From Bacillota bacterium (GTDB lineage: Bacteria; Macinerneyibacteriota; Macinerneyibacteria; Macinerneyibacteriales; DSCS01), in NCBI GenBank assembly GCA_011048995.1, contig DSCS01000018.1:138724-202723 (forward strand): 64,000 nucleotides of DNA, given 5' to 3'. Shown here piece by piece: positions 56,734-64,000 of this stretch. The notes below the pieces were generated by a model. That model ran no database searches and had not been told where the DNA came from. It saw only the letters and a program-made list of their open reading frames with translations. Position 1 is the stretch's first letter, and each line of letters begins with the position of its first letter. Made by a program: the position numbers and the translations under genes.

Positions 56734-57371
56734 AAAAAGTCGTTTTGGCTTTGATTTTAATCGTTGCTTTGACGGCCTGTCAAAAGGACAATATCAGAGA
56801 CAGGCTTACAGGCCAGACCACAGAAGAGGACCGTTCCGGGTATCAGGAAGATGTCCCCGAAGAGACGACCATCGAAGAATTGACGATTACCGACTCTGAC
56901 GTGGAAAACATCACGGTCAGGGAAGGGGTCGTGGTGGCTTCAGTGTATGAAAACGATGAAGAAGGTGAAGATGCCTCTGTGGATATTATCTTTGATGAAG
57001 AGGATGACAGCTTGCCGCCCATAAAAGACGATGCCGAGTCTGTGCCGCGGGGCACCGTGGTCTTAAGGCGCGACAGCGGCTTTCGCATTCAGCTTGTAAC
57101 GGTGACGCAAAAGTCCGGGGCAGAAGAGTTTGGACGGACTTTTAAAGAGAAATGGGATGAAGCCGCCAAAGATAAAGAGAATGATGATGCCTATCATTAC
57201 AGAGATGATATCCCCATCTACGTGGAATTTTATGACCCCTATTGGAAATTGCGGGTCGGCAATTATAAAAACCGCTCCGAGGCCGAGTATGTATTGAAAT
57301 ATATCAAAAAACTGGGATACGGAGATGCCTGGATCGTACCGACGACGATCCTGATCAGAGAAGAGTCCTGA
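56730..57371 (+). CDS. Lipoprotein with C-terminal SPOR (peptidoglycan-binding) domain
   Basis: Lipobox LTAC. Acidic linker. A C-terminal ~75 aa SPOR-like segment (FRIQLVTVTQKSGAEEF...WKLRVGNYKNRSEAEYVLKYIKKLGY). Confidence 0.6.
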   Translation: MKKVVLALILIVALTACQKDNIRDRLTGQTTEEDRSGYQEDVPEETTIEELTITDSDVENITVREGVVVASVYENDEEGEDASVDIIFDEEDDSLPPIKDDAESVPRGTVVLRRDSGFRIQLVTVTQKSGAEEFGRTFKEKWDEAAKDKENDDAYHYRDDIPIYVEFYDPYWKLRVGNYKNRSEAEYVLKYIKKLGYGDAWIVPTTILIREES

Positions 57372-57374
57372 TCT

Positions 57375-58448
57375 ATGGCTTCAGATCCCACCCGGGCCTT
57401 TGGCTTTTTTTCTCTTTCCGTTGATTTTTGCTGCGGCCTTTTTTCGGTAACGGAGCGCTTGAAACGGGCCCTGCCTGATGAAGGAGAGGGTTTTGTCCCT
57501 GAACCGGGGCTTCTTTGGCTTTCTCTGAAAGCCCCTCCGCCGGTTCCGGCGACCTTTTTTTGGAAAGAGAAGCCGGTACTCACCTACAGGGGCGGGGGAA
57601 AACGCTTTGATATTAATGAAGATGAAGCGGTTGTCCTGGAAAGCCCCATAGATCTTTTCACTTTAAACAATACGCTTGCTGAAAAGGACCATTCTCTTTA
57701 TGAGGCGGATCCTTTTCTGAATGTCCTGCCTGAAGGCGTCCATTTCCGGGGGAACCGGAAAGATCTTTTGATCCACAAGACAGCCCGTATTCTGCCTCAG
57801 ATCGCCGTCAGCACGGAAAACGGACCTGTCGTCATCGATCAGGAAGCCGTCATCGCTCCTTTCAGCGTCCTGGAAGGCCCTTTGTATGTGGGGAAAGGGG
57901 CTCACATCGACGGAGCCAAATTGACCGGCGGCACTTATATCGGGGAGCAATGCCGTATCGGCGGAGAGGTGGAAGCCTCTGTCTTTCATCCTTTCTCCAA
58001 TAAGCATCATGAAGGCTTTATCGGTCACAGCGTCATCGGGCGCTGGGTCAATCTGGGGGCCCTCACAACGGGAAGCGACCTCAAAAACAACTATTCACCT
58101 GTGCACTTTCCCGATGCTCAGGGAGAACGCAAAGCCACACCCCTCCTCAAGCTGGGGGCTCTTATAGGCGATCACGTGAAAACGGGGATCGGAACGCTTC
58201 TCAATACCGGCTCCAGGATCTCCCTGGGAAGCCTTATCGCAGGAGGGGGCATGGCTCCCACTTGGCTTCCGCCCTTTTCCTGGCATGTGGACGGTAAGAC
58301 CAGACTCTATGAGATACGATCCTTCATCCATACGGAAAAAATCGTCATGGGACGGAGAAATCAAGAGATGAATGAAGACTATGAACAGAAGATGCGCGCT
58401 CTTTTTAACGACAGCAAAGGATTTCACGAAAAAGGAGAGGGCAAATGA
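57375..58448 (+). CDS. Left-handed beta-helix (hexapeptide-repeat) protein, putative sugar-nucleotide transferase-like
   Basis: Multiple [LIV]GxxxxIxxxxxI hexapeptide repeats in the C-terminal two-thirds. No classical N-terminal nucleotidyltransferase G-x-G-T-R motif seen. Confidence 0.55.
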   Translation: MASDPTRAFGFFSLSVDFCCGLFSVTERLKRALPDEGEGFVPEPGLLWLSLKAPPPVPATFFWKEKPVLTYRGGGKRFDINEDEAVVLESPIDLFTLNNTLAEKDHSLYEADPFLNVLPEGVHFRGNRKDLLIHKTARILPQIAVSTENGPVVIDQEAVIAPFSVLEGPLYVGKGAHIDGAKLTGGTYIGEQCRIGGEVEASVFHPFSNKHHEGFIGHSVIGRWVNLGALTTGSDLKNNYSPVHFPDAQGERKATPLLKLGALIGDHVKTGIGTLLNTGSRISLGSLIAGGGMAPTWLPPFSWHVDGKTRLYEIRSFIHTEKIVMGRRNQEMNEDYEQKMRALFNDSKGFHEKGEGK

Positions 58449-59794
58449 GCAGCCTTATGGTGAGTGTTTCCGGGATACGCGGCATTGTGGGCGAAAGCCT
58501 GACTCCTGATGTCATCATCGACTATGTGCGGGCCTTTGCGTTGAGAAAGCCTGCCGGTACCTTTATCCTGGGCCGGGACAGCCGTGTGAGCGGCCCGATG
58601 ATCGTCTCTCTGATCAAAGGGGTCCTCTCTTCTCTGGGGAATCATGTCATCGATCTGGGAATCGTCCCGACGCCTACCGTTCTTTTGATGATCGATGAGC
58701 TCAAAGCCGACGGAGGCATTATCGTTACCGCTTCGCATAATCCTAAAGAGTGGAATGCTTTGAAGCTGGCTTCCGAAAAAGGGATCTTTTTAAACAGCGA
58801 CGAAGCGGAAGCCATGCAGAAAAACCTTTCAAAAAAGGATTATCCCCTGATGCCCTGGGATAAACTGGGGCGGCTGCAGGAAGACAAAACGGCTGTAGAA
58901 CGCCATATTGAGCGGATCTGCGCTTTAGTGGATACAGAACTTATCAAAAATGAGCATTTTACCGTGGCTTTGGACTGTGTTAACGGAGCCGGGGGCGTGA
59001 TGACGCCTTTGCTTTTAAAACGGTTGGGTTGCACGGTTCATACCATCAACGAAGAGCCCCACGGCCTTTTTCCCCGTGATCCCGAACCTGTGCCGACGCA
59101 TTTGAAAGAGCTGGAGGCTTTAGTCAAAAAAACAAAAGCCCATATCGGTTTTGCCCATGATCCGGACGTGGACCGGCTGGCTTTGGTCACGGAGAAGGGA
59201 AAAGCCCCCGGTGAAGAGTACACTCTGGCTTTGGCTGTAGAGAATGTCCTGGAAAAGTCAAAAGGGGATGTGGTGTGCAATTATTCGACAAGCTCTCTCA
59301 CCGAAGAGGCCGCCCGGAGAAACGGGTGCTCCCTCTACAGAGCGCCGGTGGGGGAAGCCAATGTAGCCCGGGAGATCATCCGGCGTAACGCCGTGATCGG
59401 CGGCGAGGGGAACGGCGGGGTCATCTATCCGGCGCTTCATGTGACCCGGGACGCTCCCATGGGTGTTGCTTTGATACTGGAGCTGATGGCCCGGCGGAAA
59501 AAAACGCTTTCTCAGCTGGTGGAGAGTTTTCCACCCTTTGTGATGATCAAAGAGAAAAAAACCTTTTCCACCCTTGAAGAGCGCAAAGAAGCGTTAGAGG
59601 CTTTGGAAAAGCATCAGTTTCCGGAAGCGGGCGGCATCGATACAAAAGACGGGCTGCGTCTTTCTTTTGATTCGGGCTGGATCCATATCCGCCCTTCAGG
59701 GACGGAACCTGCCATCCGGGTCATCGGAGAAAGCACAGACAGAGCATGGCTTGAAGGGCGTATCAAGGAAATGTGGAGAATATTGGAGGCCTGA
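58445..59794 (+). CDS. Phosphohexomutase (phosphoglucosamine mutase/phosphomannomutase family)
   Basis: Active-site TASHNPKEWN and SVSGIRG. Four-domain alpha-D-phosphohexomutase length. Confidence 0.8.
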   Translation: MSSLMVSVSGIRGIVGESLTPDVIIDYVRAFALRKPAGTFILGRDSRVSGPMIVSLIKGVLSSLGNHVIDLGIVPTPTVLLMIDELKADGGIIVTASHNPKEWNALKLASEKGIFLNSDEAEAMQKNLSKKDYPLMPWDKLGRLQEDKTAVERHIERICALVDTELIKNEHFTVALDCVNGAGGVMTPLLLKRLGCTVHTINEEPHGLFPRDPEPVPTHLKELEALVKKTKAHIGFAHDPDVDRLALVTEKGKAPGEEYTLALAVENVLEKSKGDVVCNYSTSSLTEEAARRNGCSLYRAPVGEANVAREIIRRNAVIGGEGNGGVIYPALHVTRDAPMGVALILELMARRKKTLSQLVESFPPFVMIKEKKTFSTLEERKEALEALEKHQFPEAGGIDTKDGLRLSFDSGWIHIRPSGTEPAIRVIGESTDRAWLEGRIKEMWRILEA

Positions 59795-59795
59795 A

Positions 59796-60143
59796 ATGTC
59801 CGTTGGAATCGATATTATTGAGATCAGCCGCATTAAAAACGCTATTGAGTCCCGTGGGAAACGTTTTTTAAAACGTGTCTATTCCGATAAAGAGATCGCC
59901 TATTGCTCCAAAAAAGTCAATCCTTATCCCTCTTATGCTGTGCGTTTTGCCGCAAAAGAGGCCTATATCAAGGCCATGGGCGGGCTTTACGGCTTACAGG
60001 TCCGTGATATTGAAGTCTCTAACCTGGAAAGCGGCCGCCCCTTTTTGATCATTAAGGGAAAAGCCGACACGACCCTTCAGCTCTCTCTTTCCCATTGCCA
60101 TGCCTATGCGGTGGCCATTGTTGCTCCCGGAGGACGGTTATGA
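59796..60143 (+). CDS. acpS: Holo-[acyl-carrier-protein] synthase
   Basis: GIDIIEISRI plus the FAAKEA motif. 115 aa. Confidence 0.85.
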   Translation: MSVGIDIIEISRIKNAIESRGKRFLKRVYSDKEIAYCSKKVNPYPSYAVRFAAKEAYIKAMGGLYGLQVRDIEVSNLESGRPFLIIKGKADTTLQLSLSHCHAYAVAIVAPGGRL

Positions 60144-61588
60144 AGTGTCTTTCTGTAGAAGAGATGCGCCTGTGTGACGAAAAGGCCCTGAAGACAAAAG
60201 GGTTTACCCCGGAACTTCTCATGGAACAGGCCGCCCAGGCCTTTGCGCGTCTTTGTATGAACCGTTTTGACGCCTGTGTTCCTGCCGTGGTCCTCACCGG
60301 CAAAGGCAATAACGGCGGAGACGGCTGGGCGGTTGCACGCATTCTCAAGATTCACGGATATGATGTGAAGGTTTTAGAGCTTTTCCCGCCCGGAACACCC
60401 GAAGGAAATTTTCATAAACAATTGGCTGAAAAGAACGCTGTTAAAAAATGCCCTTCTTTTTCTGACATTCCCCCAAAAGCCTTTATCGTGGATGCCGTCT
60501 TCGGGACAGGCTTTCAAGGGGAATTGCCCGGAGACGTCAAAAAATGTTTCAATGCCGTCATAGAAGCCGGATTAACCGTTGCAGCGCTGGATATTCCGTC
60601 GGGAGTCAACGGCAATACGGGCCGGGCTGCTTCAGGGGCTTTACAGGCCACTCTCACCGGAACGTTTGAATATCCGAAATACGCTCATTTCATCAATGAA
60701 GGACGCTTTCTTAAAGGGGAGCTTCATGTTCTTCCCATCGGGGTGTCCGCTTCGCCCGAAGAAGAAAAGAACATGTTTTTCGGAAATCTGCCTGAAGCGA
60801 TGACTGTCGCGCTCCCTGTGCCGGCGGATGATGCTCATAAATATACGCGGGGAGCCGTTCAGATCATCGGGGGAGCGCCGCCTTACGGCGGGGCGCCGCT
60901 TCTGGCCGCAAGGGGAGCCTTGCGGGCCGGAGCCGGTTATGTCTGTGTGGATGCTTTGGACGGAAACGTGTTGTCCGGGATGCCTGAGATCGTCCGAGTC
61001 CTGCATGCGGATTGGGAAAATGTCTCTGTGAATCCCAAATGCCGGATCGTTTTGGCCGGGCCGGGAATGGGCCGGGACGAAAAGGCGGCCGGGTGCCTTC
61101 AAAGGCTTTTTCGGGAAGAGGAAGCGTGCCGTTTGGTTCTGGATGCCGATGCTCTTTTCCTTTTTAATGATTATTTTGTCAAAGGGCGCCATGAGGTCAT
61201 TATGACCCCGCATTGGGGAGAGTTCTCTGCCATGACGGGGGTTCCTGTGGAGAAGATACAAAGAGAGATGATTTTCCTGGGCCGGGCTTTTGCCCGGGAG
61301 AACGGCGTTGTTTTGGTCTTGAAATCCCCCGGGACAGTCGTCTTTTATCCCGACGGGCGTTTTTACTTTAACCCTGTCGGAAACAGCTATCTTTCCACAT
61401 TGGGAAGCGGGGATGTCTTGGCCGGCATGATCGCTGCGCTGTGGGCAGCCGGGTGGAGTGCGGAAGAGGCGGCGCTCAAAGGGGTGATCCTTCACAGCCG
61501 GGCCGGTGACCGATTAGTGAAAAACGGAAAAGTTAACTTTACGGCAACAGAAATTGCCGATATATTATCCACATCAGACAGCGAATAA
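60140..61588 (+). CDS. nnr: Bifunctional NAD(P)H-hydrate repair enzyme Nnr (epimerase plus ADP-dependent dehydratase)
   Basis: N-terminal YjeF_N (GKGNNGGDG) and C-terminal carbohydrate-kinase-like domain (GPGMG, GSGDVLAG). Start ATG 60140 overlaps the acpS stop. Confidence 0.85.
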   Translation: MKCLSVEEMRLCDEKALKTKGFTPELLMEQAAQAFARLCMNRFDACVPAVVLTGKGNNGGDGWAVARILKIHGYDVKVLELFPPGTPEGNFHKQLAEKNAVKKCPSFSDIPPKAFIVDAVFGTGFQGELPGDVKKCFNAVIEAGLTVAALDIPSGVNGNTGRAASGALQATLTGTFEYPKYAHFINEGRFLKGELHVLPIGVSASPEEEKNMFFGNLPEAMTVALPVPADDAHKYTRGAVQIIGGAPPYGGAPLLAARGALRAGAGYVCVDALDGNVLSGMPEIVRVLHADWENVSVNPKCRIVLAGPGMGRDEKAAGCLQRLFREEEACRLVLDADALFLFNDYFVKGRHEVIMTPHWGEFSAMTGVPVEKIQREMIFLGRAFARENGVVLVLKSPGTVVFYPDGRFYFNPVGNSYLSTLGSGDVLAGMIAALWAAGWSAEEAALKGVILHSRAGDRLVKNGKVNFTATEIADILSTSDSE

Positions 61589-61605
61589 GAAAAGGGGTTG
61601 ATAGC

Positions 61606-62706
61606 ATGCTGGACAGGGGGAAAGTTCAAATATTTTCCACGCGGAGTTCGGAAGACTATGCGGTTTCCGTCATCGAAGAATTAAAGAACCTGAATGATTT
61701 TACCCGTAAATACAAAGATCTGAAAGGGGACCTTGAGGTCAAGACCTTTTCCGACGGAGAGATCGAAGTGGACATCGGCGAATCCATACGCAAAAAAGAC
61801 GTTTATCTCTTCCATAACTCCTCCCGGCGCAATAAATACAACCTCTCCGTGGGGGATAATCAGATCGAGCTTTATCATGCTATCGATGCGTTGACCCGCG
61901 CCCAGGCCAAAAGCCTTACTGTGTTTGAGCCCTACACATCCTGCTCCCGAAGCGACCGGGCTACCCGCCGTTCGTCAGTGGGCCTTTGGATCCACATTAA
62001 GACGATGATGGCTCTGGGGATGACCCATTATATTACATTTCAGCTTCATTCCGATAAATCCAAGACCATCATCGACCCCACAAGAGCCAATATTGACGAT
62101 ATGCCGGCGACATCGCTTTTGAAAAATCATATACTCCGGAATTTCGTTAAAACAAAAAAAGCCTTTGAGACCGATGTCCATGACAATTGGGCGATCTGCT
62201 CTGTGGATGCGGGCGGGGAGAAGATGGCCCGCCAATTCGCCGAGACTTTCAACTGTGACTTGGTCATCGCCAATAAAAGACGCAGTGTGACCAAGGCCAA
62301 TACGGTAGAAAAGATCGATATTTTGAGTGATTCTCCCTTAGATGACAAAACCATCTGGATCGTGGATGATATGATCGATACAGGGGGCTCGGTATACACA
62401 TTAGTCAAAGAACTGAAAAACCGCGGGGTGAAGCATGTGAATATTGCGATCATCCATCCGGTTCTTTCCGGCCCGGCGGTTCAGCGCCTGATCAAGCTTC
62501 ACGACGAAAAGTTTTTAGAGAACTTCCTCGTGGTGGATACCATTCATATCCCCGAAGAGATGAGAGAAGAACTGCCCTTTATGACTGTGGTGAAATCAGC
62601 TCATTTGGCGGCCGAGATCATTTACCGGATCAATATCGGCTCATCCATTACACAGTTTTTTTGCCCGGAAGATGTTTTTTCGGTCTTGGAAAAAGCAACA
62701 GAATAG
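61606..62706 (+). CDS. Ribose-phosphate pyrophosphokinase family protein (atypical, long)
   Basis: PRPP-binding motif IWIVDDMIDTGGSV and N-terminal Prs-like domain. 366 aa is longer than canonical Prs. Confidence 0.65.
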   Translation: MLDRGKVQIFSTRSSEDYAVSVIEELKNLNDFTRKYKDLKGDLEVKTFSDGEIEVDIGESIRKKDVYLFHNSSRRNKYNLSVGDNQIELYHAIDALTRAQAKSLTVFEPYTSCSRSDRATRRSSVGLWIHIKTMMALGMTHYITFQLHSDKSKTIIDPTRANIDDMPATSLLKNHILRNFVKTKKAFETDVHDNWAICSVDAGGEKMARQFAETFNCDLVIANKRRSVTKANTVEKIDILSDSPLDDKTIWIVDDMIDTGGSVYTLVKELKNRGVKHVNIAIIHPVLSGPAVQRLIKLHDEKFLENFLVVDTIHIPEEMREELPFMTVVKSAHLAAEIIYRINIGSSITQFFCPEDVFSVLEKATE

Positions 62707-62746
62707 GGTATCATACGTAAAAGAGTATAAGATGAAAGGAGCTACA

Positions 62747-63694
62747 ATGAAGAAAATAGGATTAGCGTTATTGATTTTTTTTGCTGTTCTTCCGGCAGCG
62801 GCCGAATTGCCGGGGGCTATTTTTGTTAATACGGAGATGGGGGCACGCTCCATCGGCATGGGGCGGAGTTATGCCGCTATCGCCGAAGGGGGCGAGTCGT
62901 TTATCTACAATATCGGCGGGAGCGCCTTTTTTGATCAAAAAGAGATCTTTTTTAATTATCAGCAGCTTGAATTTTTTGAACAGGATAACAGCGCCCTGAG
63001 TTTTTTCCTTCCTGTCCCTGCTCTTCACGGGACTTTAGGGCTGAATATCCTCTATTTTAACGAGGGAAGTGTCGACGCCACAGGTGAAGGCGGGGAAAAT
63101 CTCAATTCTTTTGATGTCTATCAGATGGTCGTGGGTCTCACTTACGGCGCCAAAATCAGTGAACATTGGGGCGGGGGTATCGCGTTGAAATATATTCAGG
63201 ACCATCTTCATCCGGATCATACGGGTAATGCTGTGGCCATGGATATCGGAGCTCTTTACCGCAATGAAAAAAAACTGAGTCCTCTTACGACATTCGCCTA
63301 CGGTTTCGGCGCTTCGGTACAGAATATCGGTACAAAGATCTCTTATCAGGATCAGGAACAGGCCGATCCTCTCCCACGTTACCTTCGTACAGGAGTGCGC
63401 GGGACTTTAGGGTATGAGCCATGGAACATGGATGTGACCATGTCTTTAGGGTATGACATGGATCTGGTGGAACTTTTCACAGACAACGGATCTTTTCATT
63501 GGGGTTGCGAGCTGGGCTTTTTAGAGATGCTTTTTATTCGCGGCGGGTACTACACAAACAATTACAATGAAGAGTCAGCCTTTAACTGGGGCCTTGGTTT
63601 TTCCTATATGAACATCTCATTGGATTTTGCCATGGATAACCTTTATAAATTGGATTCAGCCAACGGTATCTATTCTTTAAGATTCCGTTTCTGA
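62747..63694 (+). CDS. Outer-membrane beta-barrel protein, PorV/FadL-like family (uncertain), paralog of the OMP at 50479
   Basis: Signal peptide. The motif ARSIGMGRSYAAIAEGGESFIYNIGGSA aligns with the OMP at 50479. RBS AAGGAG before ATG 62747. C-terminal aromatic (LRFRF). Confidence 0.5.
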   Translation: MKKIGLALLIFFAVLPAAAELPGAIFVNTEMGARSIGMGRSYAAIAEGGESFIYNIGGSAFFDQKEIFFNYQQLEFFEQDNSALSFFLPVPALHGTLGLNILYFNEGSVDATGEGGENLNSFDVYQMVVGLTYGAKISEHWGGGIALKYIQDHLHPDHTGNAVAMDIGALYRNEKKLSPLTTFAYGFGASVQNIGTKISYQDQEQADPLPRYLRTGVRGTLGYEPWNMDVTMSLGYDMDLVELFTDNGSFHWGCELGFLEMLFIRGGYYTNNYNEESAFNWGLGFSYMNISLDFAMDNLYKLDSANGIYSLRFRF

Positions 63695-63695
63695 C

Positions 63696-64000
63696 ATGAA
63701 GAGAGTTGTCTCCTTTCTTCTTATCTTCTTTTCTCTTCTCCCTGCCCTGCAGGGCAGGGAGGGGATCTCACCTTTTAAAGCCTTTTTTTGCTCTTTGGCT
63801 CTTCCCGGCTTGGGACAATATATGAACGGAAAACAGCTGAAAGGGGAAGCTTTTCTCCTGGCCGAAGCGGCCGGTATCGGGCTGATGCTCTACTTTTCCT
63901 ATCGCTCCGACTTAGCTGTCGACCGCTACATCTCCTATGCCGATACCCATTTTTATTATGAAGGGGATGATCCGGAACGGAAAAGTTATACGGAGATGTG
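63696..64000 (+). CDS. DUF5683-like small secreted protein (3' end beyond window)
   Basis: Signal peptide and the motif SPFKAFFCSLALPGLGQYMNGKQLKGEAFLLAE, which is paralogous to the ORF at 55481. Runs off the window end, so it is absent from the ORF track. Confidence 0.4.
   Translation, partial: MKRVVSFLLIFFSLLPALQGREGISPFKAFFCSLALPGLGQYMNGKQLKGEAFLLAEAAGIGLMLYFSYRSDLAVDRYISYADTHFYYEGDDPERKSYTEM

Noticed and set aside
1-64000. Looked for tRNA/rRNA genes, CRISPR repeats, IS elements and integrases
   Set aside because: No intergenic gap exceeds ~120 nt, and the gaps read as promoter or terminator DNA. There are no repeated spacer-repeat arrays, no transposase or integrase-like ORFs, and no long direct or inverted terminal repeats.

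Overview
The window is dense bacterial chromosome, about 50% GC with an AT-poorer patch at 18.3-20.7 kb. Roughly 70 genes lie almost all on the + strand, frequently joined by ATGA or short overlaps into long translationally coupled operons. The gene content indicates an anaerobic diderm bacterium. It has a PilMNOPQ sub-complex with a secretin, Lnt, PorV/FadL-like beta-barrels, SPOR and DUF5683-like envelope proteins, and a complete anaerobe oxidative-stress island. That island runs Fur/PerR, flavodiiron protein, rubredoxin, a ferritin-like diiron protein, desulfoferrodoxin, ferritin and rubrerythrin. The core set is housekeeping: metG, trpS, der, recG, rng, pyrC/K/D/F, gpsA, plsY, acpS, nnr, tmk, holB, trxA, htrA, rsmE, mtaB and thpR.

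I found no rRNA, tRNA, CRISPR array, IS element or prophage. I also see no single spectacular novel system.

The more interesting items are:
- a rubredoxin gene with a GTG start that the ATG-only ORF track misses;
- a class III nucleotidyl cyclase with an uncharacterised ~350-aa N-terminal region;
- a co-oriented operon pairing a DNRLRE-like lipoprotein with a PorV-like beta-barrel, plus a second PorV-like barrel and two paralogous DUF5683-like proteins;
- the conserved TIGR03545/TIGR03546-like pair of unknown function;
- an SPFH/zinc-ribbon protein with a consensus promoter and a structured leader;
- an orphan MotA/TolQ/ExbB homolog;
- several very clean sigma70-type promoters sharing a TATAATGGGA motif;
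- Fur/PerR-box-like palindromes in the stress island.

Every call is from reading the translated ORFs and the DNA by eye. No database search was possible. Family assignments rest on recognisable motifs and should be confirmed by HMM or BLAST.
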